48,514 bases of DNA, from NCBI GenBank assembly GCA_002633005.1, contig NMRA01000325.1, positions 457,331 to 505,844 of the forward strand, written 5' to 3'. Positions within the stretch are counted from its first letter, which is position 1. The number at the start of each line of letters is the position of its first letter. Below the pieces are notes generated by a model. That model was not told the origin of the DNA and ran no database searches. It saw only the letters and a list, made by a program, of their open reading frames with translations. Positions 11,506-25,501 of this stretch are shown here, piece by piece. Source of the DNA: Phoronis australis (taxonomy: Eukaryota > Animalia > Phoronida). The position numbers and the translations under genes are program-made.

Positions 11506-12429
11506 GAACGTTTATTGACGTATGTATACAATGAGTACACGCGCCCCCCAAAAAATTTTCAGGCGTCAGGGTTAAACCGTGGCAACCGACATACGCGTGG
11601 GACGGGGCAGTCGAGAAAAGAAAGACTGCTAAATGCGGATAACAGACAGAATTCCAGAGAACATTTAACAACTGTGTATCAGTGCACGGTTTACCTTTTG
11701 AGAACCCTGGCCAGGACACTGTTGTTGGGGTCTCCGCTTTCGCAGCACAGGTCAGCTAAATGCACTTGAAAACGAGCATGTATGTATATATTTCGAAAAA
11801 TTGAAAAAATATGATCCTCCCCTTCCGAGGGAAGTTGAGATCCCTACACAAAACATTCGTGCACAGCCCAGAAGTATCAGGACATTCCACCCAAACAACC
11901 AAAAATGTGAAAAATACAATAGAATTGACCGCCATCGAAAGGGTGGAATTTTGAAGAACGTGAAGACCGCTATTTGTTAATTACACAAAAGGACTATTTC
12001 CGATGGTTAGTTATAGAATAATGTTACTGTTTCCCTTAGTATCACAAAAAGAATAGTATATCTTTTGAAAATGGTTACTGTGAGTTGTTTATATGGAATT
12101 CCCAAATGTGAAAAGCACTGCTGTCGAGGCTACCATTGGGGTGACCGTGAACATGTCGAAGGTGTGTACTCAAATACTCGCAATAATAAACAAATATTGC
12201 AGCTTTTTTTAGCTCAAGTTCAACTCGTGAACAGTTATAGGTTCCTCGGAAATGAGCAAAAATATTGTGAATGCCCAATCTCCCATTTTCCTCCGGTTAC
12301 CCGTCAAAAATCTGTGAGCATGCCTGCGGAAAATGCTTATAACATTCCGTTTTGATCAACAAATTTGTTGATTCTGATTGACATGTTTGTGTATCTACGA
12401 AAACCGACAGATTAATAGATGATTTTTAG

Positions 12430-13060
12430 CAACTGCAAGCTAATCTTTTAAGAAATGATTACGATTCAGGAAATTAAGTGAAGCCTGAATATGGAAAAAC
12501 TCTATAATCCGATCCCCAAATAGTAAAAAGCACTTGGACGCTTTTTGCCTGTCTAAAATAATTCTTAAAGACATTGATGAAATTTGGACACTTCCCAAAA
12601 ATTTACTCACAATTCAAATGACATTAATGCATTGCTTTTTAACAAGATCTGTAATTGTTTGAACTCACTAACAGGTGATCAAAAAGGAATTAAGTCATTA
12701 AATCAAGGTAAACGCACTGCTCTTGGATTTGATTGCTGGTTTCTGATTTACATGTTTATGTATCTATGAAAATGGACTGATTGAGAGGTGATTCCTTGAC
12801 CGGTAGAAGCTAATTTTGAAAGACATGACAATGCCTCAATGAACTTAATTGCAGGCCGACATTGGGGAAATTCGATCTATCATCAGATCCCCAAATATAA
12901 AAGTACACTAAACGAGTTTTATCTATCTGAAATAAGTCTCAAGGAAATTGATGAATTTCGGACAGCTCTACAAATTGTCCCAAAATGTTCTCACAATTCA
13001 AATGGCAATAAATTGTTTATTGGCTTAGGAACTAGATTACTGGGTTTAAGTTTACAAACC
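12430..13060. repeat. Diverged ~370-bp tandem duplication
   Basis: AAGCTAAT...GATCCCCAAATA...TTGATGAA...CTCACAATTCAAATG occurs at ~12437-12625 and again at ~12807-13005. Confidence 0.6.
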
Positions 13061-13234
13061 TTAGATTGAAAAAGAAGTTTAATAAGTACTTAAATAAAAT
13101 CTCATTGGTCATCAAATTGGAAAGGTTCTCTTTGCACTTCCTTGATGTTTTAAGTTTCCAGTAGTATTGCGTATTGAATTTCTTCTTCAAAACTGAATCG
13201 TTTGCTTGCATTTCCCGTGCATACTACACACACG

Positions 13235-13492
13235 GCATGCGCGCACCCAGCGTAAAACATAGGGTGGGAGCTCGAATGTTTGAGGATGTGGACCTTTTAC
13301 AAAAGAAAAAAAGACGGAATACGTTTTTTTTCAGGGCTATGAATTGTGCATACGCCGAATTCCTGCCTTAGTGGACTTTTCTATCGCTTTTTCGGACTTT
13401 ATGTTTCTTTGAAGCGGACCTTTTTGCCCACGTTTCCCAATGGGGGGCTCGTTCGAGCTCCCCGAGCCCTCCCCCCTTGGGTGCAAGCATGC
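13235..13492 (+). mobile_element. ~260-bp interspersed repeat with short TIRs, copy a
   Basis: Ends GCATGCGCGCACCCA ... TGGGTGCAAGCATGC. The internal GCGGACCTTTTTGCCCA block is shared with 14434-14695 and with 44880-45141 (reverse). Confidence 0.7.
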
Positions 13493-14284
13493 ACGACACA
13501 CTCACATTAGAAATAAGATGTGACCATGCAGTAGGCCTGCATAGAGTCTCAGTTACCCACGGGAACTGAATTTGAACTCCGGGTCTTGAAGTGTGTACAT
13601 TTTTGGGACACACACTGTATCATTTCCCCCAGCAACCAGAAACTGGACTACCGGCTGTGTTTCATCTAGAGATTCTGAAACGGCCACAAAGGCACTCATA
13701 CCAGGCACCTCGGGACCTCACTTTTCCAGAAAATTACTTCAAAGAATGGCCCATAAAAGTTTTCCCCGAAATTGTATCATAATATAACAAACCTTGACCT
13801 TCAACCCACAGCAGATTAATAGGTAAGAATCCACTCTTGGAACCCAGCTATAGTTACTTCACGCAGCTCCCACTGAGCTACCCGTCAGTTCGCTGGCCCT
13901 AGGGCCTAGACCCATTCTTACATGTACTCTCCGTGAAACTTCGTTGGTTCACGGTTACTCAAATCCTGATGGCTGCAAGTGCATCCCCGGTATTACCCCC
14001 ACCTATGGCGGCCGTNTAGCAAGGGGGGAGGTTGGGGAAGTCAAATTTGTTTGTGCCCCCCAATAATTGTTTCCTTCCTACGGGTCTGACACATGGCCAT
14101 CGGCCCAAAATACAACAAACAAGATCATTGCGGTATTAGGGCTTTAGATGCGTAGTATACATATTTCACAACTGAGGTATCAAGATTACATAACAGTCTA
14201 TGAAATATAAACAGAGAGGGTCTTGTCCAGAGGCTCTCAGAAAAAATGCAATTAAAACAGTCAGACAGAGGACCACCATAGTGT

Positions 14285-14340
14285 ACAATACAATACAATA
14301 CAACAAAATACAATACAACAAAATACAATACAATACAAGA
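14285..14340. repeat. (AATAC)n microsatellite
   Basis: Tandem ACAAT/ACAAA pentamers. Confidence 0.9.
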
Positions 14341-14433
14341 AAACAATAGAAAATATAACACGTTTAATAAAACGACAATCATTATATTGGGCCATGCATT
14401 GGACCTATGTTGGAATACAGATATATGACATCA

Positions 14434-14695
14434 GCATGCGCGTACTCTACCTAAAAATTGGGGGCTCGAATTTTTGAGAATGTGGACGTTTTACTAAAAA
14501 CGAGGTACGTTCAGTGCTATGATTTGTGTATTCGTCGAATTTTGGTAGTTCCTGGCTTCCTGCCTCTTTAGTGGATGTTTATTTCGCTTTCCACTTTTCG
14601 AACTTTTTTCTGAGGCGGTCCTTTTTGCCCACTTCGCCAAATGGGGGAGGGGGCTCATTTGAGCTTTCGGAGCCTTCTGCCCTGGGTGCGCGCAA
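14434..14695 (+). mobile_element. ~260-bp interspersed repeat, copy b
   Basis: GCATGCGCG...GGGGCTCGAATTTTTGAGAATGTGGACG...GCGGTCCTTTTTGCCCAC...TGGGTGCGCGCA, collinear with copy a. Confidence 0.7.
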
Positions 14696-16249
14696 TAACT
14701 AAACAAATACCTGAACCTGACACCTTAGCCCATTGAAACTGCATACAATACAGGTCAAGTGATTAGTTGTCGTAAGCCTAATCCGCGATCTCGCTTACGT
14801 AGCAGACTGGGTGGTAGTCTATTTATGGGGTAAAACGGCTTGTAATGAAACTAGAACAACTCGATTGAATGTAAACAAAGGCCAATAGTGATCACTGATA
14901 CGCCTAATCCACTACCTGCTCACTGGAGGTGCAGTACGGCACGAAAGTCGCTGATCGATGATCGCTTTTGTAGTTCGGCAAGGACAACTGAATATATAGC
15001 GGCCCATTGGTGCTCAGTGGTTAATTCGACCGAGCCAAGCAACTTATCCCCGTTGCGCAGGCGTTTATGGAAGGGCCGCGTTTTGGGTGGCCAGCATTAT
15101 ATTTTCGTGCGCATTTTTCATGCTGTGCGCCCCGCAACATTGGTCGCACTTAGTGACAGCAGTGTTAGAAATGTCAACAAACATTTCAATTGAAACGCTT
15201 TTTATAACTCTTGTTGATTGCTGTTAATTGTGCATTTCTCACTTAGACGCCGAATAAAAATTCTTGGTCTACAACATATACCACACGCAAAGAGAATTAA
15301 TCAAAGCTATGGTCAGAAAATAGGCTAGGATATTGTGAAGGGCCTGTACCTTCCCACCAATACTGAAAGAGAGGGAACGAGACTGTGAATGTGACAGAAT
15401 TAAAGCTTAAACGAACCTTCTTCGATTCAGCAGAGGCGGCGGCGGTAACCAACGACAACATCAAATGTTGACTTGATAAACGGACTGCTAACAAAGATAC
15501 TATAAAATCTTTGCTGCTAAGCAATCTAAGGTTTTAGAGCCCCTTAACCATCGACCTTTCAGATTTCGTAGCGATGGGCTTTCCACACAAATATTTTTCC
15601 AAGAAATAGAAACGGAGTTACTGCCATCTTCTGGTGGATGCAAAAATCACTTATGGTTATGTAGGACCTTATCGACAAGCCTGTGCACTTGGCAATCTAT
15701 AGATCTAGAAACCTACATAATACACTGAACACAATAAAAGCATATATTTTCTGAAAGTAGAAAGCCTGTAAAATGTGATTTTTGACTTTACCAATCTTTT
15801 ATTAATTGGGTCAAGTCATAATGGCAGCACGGGAATGCTGACATCGTCCATCCACGTTCGTATACGTAAGACCTTATCAACAAATTTGTTCATACACTCA
15901 GATATCTTGAAAACTGTAGAATTTAATAATAATCAGAATCAGAAATGTTTTTCACACTGCAATTCCGTTTTGATAGTACAATAGAATTGATGTTTAGTTT
16001 GATCATTATTTACAGAGTGCCAATTTTGTACGTCAAAGTCAATCTCTGACGAAATTCTGAGAGGAATAAATCTACGTCACCCAGTTCGTATAACCATAAC
16101 TTTCCAAACACGTAGCTATACCGTAACATTTTTACAGAATATGCCCAATTGTGCCTGTCTCCGTCCTCATATTGTTGCCATATAACATACTATACTGACA
16201 CACTGAATTGAATGCGTATGAGGATTCATCTGAAACAGCCTTGTCCAGT

Positions 16250-17415
16250 AAACAACAGACTAAACAAACAGTAAGTATACAACATACATCTACTACACTC
16301 ACCCCTAAGCATGACATTCGGCGTATTTTTTTTAGTCGTAATAAAGGCATACTTTCAGAAATTATGAACATTTTCTATAAAATTGACAATTGCGACACCC
16401 CAAATCTTTACACCATAGCGTAACATGAGTAGAATCATATTTTATTTAACAGCTTAAAAGGACTGATGGTGAAGAGCAATCTAACTTTGACGAACAGACC
16501 TTTATCAAATTTATAAAACTTTTCGACCCTGTAAGGACTTTTGCAGGCTTAGCTTTTTTAGATTCACAATGTTAGATGCCAGTTTTTACAAAATTCCCCA
16601 GTCACGTTAAGTTTTTGTTGCAGCTCAATGACAGTGTCTCCAATAAACACGAAATCATCCGCAAAAACAGACAGTTTACTTAGAATGCACCCTTGCCTGA
16701 CACCGCTTTTGCAACTAAAATATTAATTTTAACACACGCGTGATAAATATTTATACATTTTCCGTGTGTACCCTTCACAAGTAACACATAAAAAGACATT
16801 GAAACTCGACAGAGTCAAATGCCTTGGCGAAATCAACATATCCTCAGTAAACGTTTCCTCGTCGTTCCTTTAAGTACTTCTGGGTCAAGCTTTGTAATGT
16901 AAAGGTGTTCCTTATTGTCGATCATCCTGCTCCAAACCTGGCTTGTTCCTCGGGGATGCATTTAGCGTCGTTCACCCATTCAATCAATGAGATTCTTGTT
17001 GGAAATAGATGTAAACATTTTGCTTAAATTGTCAAGTAAAGACATTCCTCTGTAGTTGCTTGGGTTACTCTTTTGTTCCTTTTTGTGTAGCGGTATGATA
17101 ATACTCTTGAACCGAGCTTCAGGAAAAGTTCCGGTGTTAAAATTCTGTTAAATAGATCATGCAATACGATTGTTAGACTTTCGATGGATGACTTGAAAAT
17201 TTCATTTGGTATACGGTCCTGACCCAGCTATGATAGATGGAATGGCTTGTATAATTTCGTTTTGACTGATACTTTCATTTAAAATATGAAGCCAGTCGTA
17301 AAGAGTATCGCACTGAGCGTCATGATCGTACAATGTTTGGGTCACGATCTCAGTAAATATTCTACGAATCCGTCTTTGTTTAGAGTAGATGATGAGTTTT
17401 TTGCTTTTTAATTAT
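16250..17415 (-). mobile_element. Degenerate non-LTR retrotransposon reverse transcriptase fragment
   Basis: Minus-strand RT motifs in the expected order, with frameshifts: NPSNYRG (~17050), PEEQA (~16945), YVDFAKAFDS (~16812-16840), GVRQG (~16695), LFADD (~16660). Confidence 0.8.
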
Positions 17416-17999
17416 TCATCATGCCCGGGGCCGTCGCTCGGCGCCCCCCCCCCCCCCCCTGCAGGCCTTGGGCTTTCTTGACTTAGGGGCTCTATCTTGA
17501 CTCCGAGCGGTATCCGCTATCTCGTCAAAAAAAATCTCTCCCACAATTACGTCAGGTGGTGATGGAAGTGACCTACCACGACTGACGCTTTTCAAGAGTA
17601 CATCCTTCCATAACCAGTCAGTGGGAATGCCCCCAGGATTTAGGAAGAGGACGTCCAAACTTCAGCACAGCAGAGGGCCCGCCCTGTCTTTATTCCTTAC
17701 TATACACGAACCGTTGAAAAATGACCCCCACTGACACATTCTCAACGGGCTGACACGTTAAACAGCGGCAAAGGACCAAAATTAAAATGAAAGGGGTCAT
17801 TTTCTTTGTTGAAAAAGTGGCCCAGTTAATTTTCCACGTGGATCTTTCAGAAATTGAACACCAGGTTCGGCTACACACACTTTGAGTGACAGCACAACGA
17901 AATCAAAAGACAAAGCTAAAAAGAAAGTTACGCTTGTTTCCCCCTTCGGTGACAGATAATGTAATGTGTGCGATTCAAAACATTTTATTTCGCTTTCGG

Positions 18000-19740
18000 A
18001 AAAGTTCACGATAATTAACGCACTCGACCATAAAAAGTAGGAAAAGAAAATAATTCGTCCACTTAAATGCCCATTTGAGAAAATGGGAAGGATAACAATG
18101 ATATTTTGAGGACGCATATAATTCACATTGGATGATTAGCTTTAAAAACGTTCAATAAAATGAAATTAGAAAGTAGCGTTTTGACGTCCACATAATGTTA
18201 TTTGAAGATAAACAACTGAAGCGTCGATCCAGTAGATATTGAGGCCTCGTCGTATGTGGATTCCCGCGGTTGTAACACCATTCGAGTCAGAGTCAAAGTG
18301 TCTTTGTGTTAATAGAACAATCGAGGGAAAATCTTGTCTAACTACGCATAAACCACTCAATGTTACTTTTCACTGATACACTTCCATCATTTTCAACTTT
18401 TCCACTGTCCTTTTACTTGAATCAAGCCAATTAAGGATAGGCACCTCTTGATGATAAGTATTGTTACTAATACATGTCGTCAGCACGCAGCATACATCTA
18501 TGTATGCAGTCGACATCAAACGGAAATAAACTGTACAATCGTTACTGCTCAAGGACACAAGTTGTATATTATATGCGAGTTAATCTACACGCATAGCCTA
18601 CACCCTCAAGATCGCAAAAGTTTCCATGGGTTCGTATCTTGCATTTCTCCTTGTCCTTTCCATCATAGGGCAAGAAGCCAAAAACGTGGCCGAACAAGAG
18701 GGAATTAAAGAGAAAACTATAATCGAAAGACACCAGCGTCATTATGTTTTTAGCGTTGTTCGTAAGACCGTGTTTGGTTGGACCTTCCGGTAACTCCTTT
18801 ATTCTTCGAATGTCGTCTGATTACTATCTAAACCCGTTAGGATTCACTACATTGTCTAGTTCATCTGACGTGGTGGCAGCGAAATGGCTACGACCTGAGC
18901 TCCGAAGCAGTGAGTGGTCAACAAAAATGAGAACATGACCTCATTTGAAGGTTGGAGGTAGAATTTGTTGTTCATTATCTCATTAGACCCCCAGTTTGCG
19001 CCATTTCTTGTAGACGACGTTTGACTAAAGAAAACCGCCACTGCTTCACTACAGTACGTGGTCTGACCGACCACAGAACAGCAGCGGTGCTACTGTCCAA
19101 ATAAAATTGACTCATTTAGAACTAATGTTGGAAGAAATTGCTAATTATTGTGAAGTCACCCATCGCAGTCCAGGACATTTATAAGAAAATCCAAAACATT
19201 TCGGCTTCTCATCCACCGGTGCACACTTTCTTTCATCTAGGACTCATATCTTAGATCCCAATGAACGTCCTGTGGACTTATTCTAGCGTCTAACATTTTT
19301 CAAGGACAACTTACTTACGTCAGATGTGGCGTAACGCATCATGGCGAAGTTGTCGACATCGACGAACACGACTCCCTCCCTCCCTTGAATACAGTCGTGT
19401 TCTAATAGTTACAGCTGGTAAACCCTGGTATACCCCAACTTTTAAGGAATGATACGGCGGAGAGTTGCGCAACAATTAAGTTCCTCTCCTTTATCAAGAC
19501 TGAAATTTCTAAGCTAGATTATGCATTCACTGCTGGATGAACTTGGCTGGTGCATCGAGGGAATTCCTTCCATCTCTAAGACAACCCCTCCCCCCTTGGA
19601 CCCGTAGAGCCCCGTCATGCTTCTTGTGCACCACCGTCCGCCGCACTCTCTCAGACCACTTCTTGTCTAGATACCCGTTCCTGATCCCCCGCCCGATGAT
19701 AAACGCGCCTTTGTCAAAGGTTGGTCTACGCACGTTTACA
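18000..19740 (-). mobile_element. Highly decayed Ty3/Gypsy-like pol remnant
   Basis: Minus-strand VVHKKHDGALRV resembles the RT motif V.KKDG.LR. Downstream NFIWT and KFYLQP..VVAIS resemble the RT/RNase H connection. Many stops; boundaries are approximate. Confidence 0.4.
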
Positions 19741-20879
19741 ACGTCTCTGAGGAAGGCTCCCTACAAGACACAACATCTTACGACCAGTGGTGTCCCCGTA
19801 GTTCGGTCTCCTTATCTCGACACGTTTGTTGGTCAAACCTTCGTGCGTTTTAATTGGTAACACTCAGTTGTGGAGCAACAGGAAACATTAGCAGGTTACT
19901 ATACAGGTTGGGAGAAACTCAGTTTGTCTTCACACGCGACAAGCATTACTTTGCCGTTTTCGACGACCTTGTTATTGAATCCGTTGATGTAGACGCATTG
20001 GCAGCAACCCCATTTATGGCTTCAGTACAATCTTCTCGCACGGTTATTACGTTGACTGGCGGATCTACAAACACGTATGGCCAACCGACTGGCAAAACCC
20101 CACGAACCACAGCGCTGCTGTCCCACGCATTACGTGCTCCCCCTCCAGTGGCGTATCTACGGACGGAGGGATTCTGCGGGCTTAACCCCCCCCCCTGGGA
20201 CAGCATCAAAAAATAAAAATAAAAAACGTCGTCAGTAAAACAAAAACGGCACCGCCGGCGTGGTAAACACCGGCCCAAGTAAACTACCTCGAAAGAAATG
20301 AGGAGGGAGGGTTCACCATAAAAATATAATTTCTTCGCATTGCGATTTGCAGTGATCACGAAAAGCAACGCATTTCGAGTTTTCATTACTCATCGGCAAG
20401 TGGCGCGGAGTTCAACTGTGCGCGTGCTTCCGTCGACAATTATGAAGTAGCCAAGACGGATCCAAGGGGAAAATGCAAAGCTGTATAGCTCATTTTCTTT
20501 AGGTAATTAACGTCTTTGATACGTTTTGATATGATTAAGGAAAATACTGTGGTATCGCAGCTCTGATATTCAGGTGAATCCACGTGCAACGTTTTTACCT
20601 CAAATGTCAAGTTTTGTCATGCTATTACACTTTACACGTTTGTAACTTGAATTTGACTGGTGTATAATAACATCGTAACGCGCATTGAACATAGAGTGTA
20701 GATGTAATGTGTTTATTTAAAAAAAAACGATCAATTCGTTTTCCGAAGAATTGTCTGGCCACTGTAAGGACCGTTGTGGCGGGCGCTGTGGTTTGGTTGC
20801 GAGTCCGTTTCAAGATACACCGTAGTAAGTTAAGCCTATACATGTACAAGGAATTGACCCGAGGGGTACTCACATTGAC

Positions 20880-21800
20880 AAGGTGACCACATTTGCGAAC
20901 AGAGTACAGTACCAGAAATTACGGGTAGTCTGTATTTTCCCAGTGTTGTGGGGCTCGCACGGTATTCAATAGGCCTCCTGAGGAGCTCTGGTTCTGACCT
21001 TAGCACTGGCCGTCTTCCAACCTGCAATAAGCATCACTGTCATCTTCGACACTGGGAATTTCCGCAGAAATGGCCCACCCGATGAAACGCCCATGCCCAC
21101 GGGCGTTTATTTGGTTTTACGACTTCGGGTTTTAAGTGTTTAGACATTGGGACGTTTATTCGGAAAATTTTAAGTGATGCAAATTGGTCCTGGGATACAT
21201 TGTGAGACAAAAGCGCAAGGTTTGAAGCAGTCTGTGATGAACGGGTCAAATACAGTTGAGCTTGTAACTCTTTTGAATGGGCTAATCTAGATTTTTCCAT
21301 CACAAATGACACATGACTTTGAGATTTGTCATTCTCAAATGTAACATATACTACAGATCCATAGCCGGAGTGAAGCATCTGAGAATATGTGTAGCTGCGT
21401 GGATACAATATTGCCAAAATGTGCTGGTTTGAAGCAACGATTAACATATAGATTTGACAGCTTGGACAGATTGCTTAACCGCTCGTTCCATAGAGTAGCT
21501 TGTTTACTGGGGGTATTAAACTTGGCTTTGCACAGGTCTTGCAATATGAGTTTCGCTGGCAAGATTACAGGTCCGACAAATCCTAAGGGGTCGTATACCG
21601 AGCTCATGACGTACAAAATGCCACGACGTGTAGGCGGCTGATCTCTGAGATCGATTTTATATCCAAAGCAGTCGTTTTCGATGTTCCACTCTATTCCCAA
21701 TGCACGCTCAAATTGAATGGTATCTAAGCACATATCTTTAACAGTAGGTGCCCTATCTGCCTCTGATATTTGATTAATAACAGCTCCTCCTGACTCAATA
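20880..21800 (-). mobile_element. BEL/Pao LTR retrotransposon pol fragment (Pao RT-connection/RNase H region)
   Basis: ERALGIEW...TRRGIL..MSSVYDPLGFVGPVILPAKLILQDLC...QLHIFSDAS, then after a frameshift GYGSVVYV...SFVMEKSRLA. Confidence 0.9.
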
Positions 21801-21806
21801 GGCATC

Positions 21807-23020
21807 GCTAATGGATCAGGATGGATACAAGAGGAAAACTTCCTTGACTACGTTCAGCATTTTGCCCGTCATGCAAAACCTTGTGAAGAAAAGCCTGTGC
21901 TTCTTGTCCTTGATAACCATATTTCTCGCGTCTATATACTCGCCATCGACTTTTGTAAGGAAAGCTACATTAACTGATATCCATTCCTCCACATTCATCA
22001 CACAAACTACAACCATTCGATCGACGAGTAGTTTATGGTCCGTCCATGTAAACAATAGATCCCCTGCATGGATGAGAAAGAACCTTTGGAAACCAATGAC
22101 AATATATGACACCCCAGCAATTGTAGGCGTCACTCTGCCACGAGCCATGTTACCATCAAATGTGATTAAGTCTTTCAGATGCACAGGCATCTGTCCGATC
22201 AATATCGGTATATCTTCACGGATTCTGACTTCTCTGCTTCTCAGCTAACAAAGAAACCAGCACCATCCACAACCTCAGCCTCTCAAGTTGTTTAGTCATC
22301 CAGTCATACAGCTGCAGAGTTTACCTCGCTACAATGAAGCTCCACAGTACAGCCATCCACAGCCGCCGACCACGTAAACTCTCAGTCATCCACTAGGTTC
22401 ACTGTCCGTCCCAATCAGCCACCCACCAGTTCCACAGTCGTACCCGACCAGCCATCCCCCAGTTCCACAGTCGTACCTGCTCAGCCATCCACAACCTCCA
22501 CAATCTTACCCAATCAGCCACCCACCAGTTCCACAGTCGTACCCGATCAGCCGTCCACCAGTTCCACATTCGTACCCGATCAGCCGTCCACCAGCTTCAC
22601 AGTCGAACCTGATAGCCATCTATCAGCTACACAGTCATGTCTGCTAAGTCTTCCAATAGCTCAACAAATCAGTCCATTTCGCCATCAACCAGGTACATGT
22701 GTGATTCTCCTAAGCTTAAGGCTTCTAAATGTTGCGCAAAACTCTTATTTAGTGCACATGCGGTCTTGCCAATACCTCGCGCAGAGAGAAAGGAACTTGA
22801 ACGAAAACCGAATAGGAGGAAGAGGAAAAGCGAAATCCTCACAGACACTCCTGTCAAAAACGTCCTGCTGTCGAAAAAAGCCAACACCAAAAGAACATGG
22901 CAAACGGGGAAAGGAAAAGCCAGCACAAAAGGAAAAGCTACCTCCAAAACAAAGAAAGGACGTCAGCAAAAGAAGACACGCAACGATTCTTCATCGGAGT
23001 ATTCAACAAATTCTGTATAA
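21807..23020 (+). mobile_element. 5'-truncated pogo/Tigger-like DDE_1 transposase pseudogene
   Basis: Frameshifted: ENFLDYVQHF..KPVLLVLDNHIS..IPPHSSHKLQPFDR..SNVIKSFRCTGICPIN, with a C-terminal RKRKSEILTDTP. A possible terminus TTGCCCCGGGCTCCCCCCA lies at ~24550-24570. Confidence 0.85.
22405..22640 (+). repeat. ~33-bp minisatellite inside the transposase linker
   Basis: Repeated CCAATCAGCCACCCACCAGTTCCACAGTCGTAC variants, about 7 units. Confidence 0.85.
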
Positions 23021-23133
23021 CAGTTTAGAAGGTAGAAACAATAAAGTTCTTGGTCCGAATTTCTATTGTTTTCCTTTAGTACAAAACTCAAGTACATTAC
23101 ACAAAACCAAGTCGGATATCAAGATAATTTGAA

Positions 23134-23911
23134 TATAATTTATAAATTATATTCAATGTCTTTTAAAACTACTTATGATTTCAAGTTATGTACACTGCAG
23201 TTTAAACTATTACATAGAATACTTGTAACCAACTCTTTTCTTAGAAAAATTAACCTGGTGGACTCTGATGTATGTACTTTCTGTCATTCACAAAGTGAAA
23301 CAGTGGATCACATCTTTTTCGAATGCAATAATGTAAAAACATTGATAGGAGAATTACGCATTTGGGTGTTGTTGGTAAAAGGTATAAATATGGTTATTGA
23401 CAAAAAAACAATGTTTTTTGGGATGCCCATAAGTAATGAAAATAAAGTTTTAAATTGGATACTTTTGCAATTAAAACATTTTATTTACCTATCCAGGTGT
23501 AAAAAAGTAATCCCCAGTTTCTGTCAGTTCCTTAAGATATTAGAAAGAGAATTTTATATTCAAAGAAGGATTTTATTAAATAATGGTAATTTAGATGAAT
23601 ACCATGTAACCTGGAGAAACTGGTTAACCATAACTTTTGCCTGACAACATCCTACTAAGAGTAGGTTGCGGGGGGGCGGGTGCGTGTGTATGTTAAGGGT
23701 GAGAATGGCTTGATTTTTTTTCTTACATATCTGTATTTCTGTTCTGTATACCAAATTGTGATACTTGACGATAATTTGTTGCAACTAATGTACTTGTATA
23801 CTGTATTGTTTATTGTGTCGTGTAAATTGTAAATACCCATGCTAGAGAAAATAAAAATACTAAAAAAAAAATACCCATGCTAGAGAAAATAAAAATACTA
23901 AAAAAAAAAAA
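23134..23911 (+). mobile_element. 5'-truncated L1/Tx1-like LINE with poly(A) tail and 13-bp TSD
   Basis: zf-RVT motif QFKLLHRILVTN...CTFC...ETVDHIFFEC, with the frame open to 23644. A-rich tail. TSD AAGATAATTTGAA at 23121-23133 and 23912-23924. Confidence 0.92.
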
Positions 23912-24051
23912 AAGATAATTTGAAGTAACTAAGATTCATTTTTGTAATTGTGTACTGTTTACACATAGATTATTACGATAAAGGTTCATAGCGTTAAAAT
24001 TCGTTTTTCTTTACCTAGGTCTGGAATATCTCATTATGTGTGCATATATAA

Positions 24052-24053
<2 letters not shown>

Positions 24054-24098
<45 letters not shown>

Positions 24099-24116
24099 CG
24101 TGTGCGTGTGTGTGTG
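24054..24116. repeat. (TG)n/(CG)n microsatellite
   Basis: Alternating purine-pyrimidine run of about 60 bp. Confidence 0.95.
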
Positions 24117-24939
24117 ACCAAACAAAGACCGGAATACAATTGGCCTATTTTCATCGGAATGTTCGCCACTTTTTTGTTTAAAAAACCAAAACCAATTTCA
24201 AAAAAATATGATCAAAAAATTGTTTTAAGTATGACTTTTATTTTTGTTGAAGGTATTCAAAAGGATAACTTATTTTTTGGTTTTATCTGTTACAAGATCA
24301 CTTTCAATCAAATAACAACTTACCCCAGTATGCCACAACATACCCCGGTGCAGGTAACAACATTCTCCGGCATTGGAGTAAAACGTTACAGTACGGTCAC
24401 CTGATTGAAGTATTGAACTAGACCACTGAACCTTTAATGAATAACTATTCTTTGTAGAATATGGAGAAGAGCACGACCCACGATATTCTTTTGATATTTT
24501 TGCACAATCCCGCAAATAGAGAGTACCACTATTCTGGAATTGTAAATTTTTGCCCCGGGCTCCCCCCACTTCGCTCTTGTCTGCTTTTTCATAAAAATTA
24601 TGTCACGTAGTGCGTAGTTAAATTTGTTGTCAATACTTGTTTCTTCTAGTGAGTATTAAGACCAATGGAAATACGCTTCATGGACAACCTCTCACAGCAG
24701 TTGACCACCAGGTTTTCGAAAGACAACAGGCAAGTGGAAGCTGCCTTTTCTTGTGCCATTAGTAGGATGAGGGGTGCAGAGGATCACTGGAGGATCGGAT
24801 GCACTTCTGGGGGATAGAATTACCATCACCAGATTCCTTGTAGGTGATCGACTCCCTTCTGACTATCGGCATTTTGAGCAACACGTTATGTCTTCTGTTA
24901 AATTACCAATTGCCCTGTGTAATGGTAAAAACATAAAAA

Positions 24940-25277
24940 GCATCAATATCTTTTGGTCTTATTTCAGTGAGAACTCCGACGCCGGGAGTTTTTGGAGAAT
25001 GCTTTAAGTCGAGAGGAGTTCCCAAGTAACTTGCGTGCCACACTCAAGCACGCAGACAGCGACATCTTCCCAAACGTCAGGGAGCTGATATTGATGGGAT
25101 ACGTGTCCCCTATTGTCTGTGCTTAGGCGTATGAAGGCACATTTGAGGATTACTATGTATGAGGAAAGGCTTGTTGGGTTTTCACTGGTGGCCATGCACT
25201 ACGAAACAACAAAAGGACTAGACACATCACTGGTAGCCAATCGCTTTGTCCAGAGCAAACCAAGGTGTGTGTTCTGC
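24940..25277 (+). mobile_element. hAT transposase C-terminal dimerisation-domain remnant (P52rIPK/ZMYM1-like)
   Basis: DIFPNVRELILMGYVSPI ... SVLRRMKAHLRITMYEERLVGFSLVAMHY...NRFVQSKPR. The SxxERSF segment appears deleted. Confidence 0.8.
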
Positions 25278-25501
25278 AAATGTATCTTGTTTATCTGAAC
25301 GTGCACCAAGTTTTGTCAATGAATAACGGCTAGATGCATACATGTAAAATACATGTATGAGCAACCAATAGGGGATCAAAAAGTGTCTAGGGATCAGTTT
25401 TCAAATCTGATATTTTGCATAGAGCACTGTTGGTCTCCTAACGGACCAGGCCAGCTTATTTGTGTGTATATTGACTCTCAGTGTACATCAGTGCCCGGTT
25501 A

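Noticed and set aside
13595-13620. Sequence resembling the Tc1 MITE TIR (CATTTTTGGGACACACACTGTA)
   Set aside because: Only one end is present and no partner TIR was found.
23066-23644. 192-aa ORF as a host gene
   Set aside because: It is the zf-RVT tail of a truncated LINE with poly(A) and TSD.
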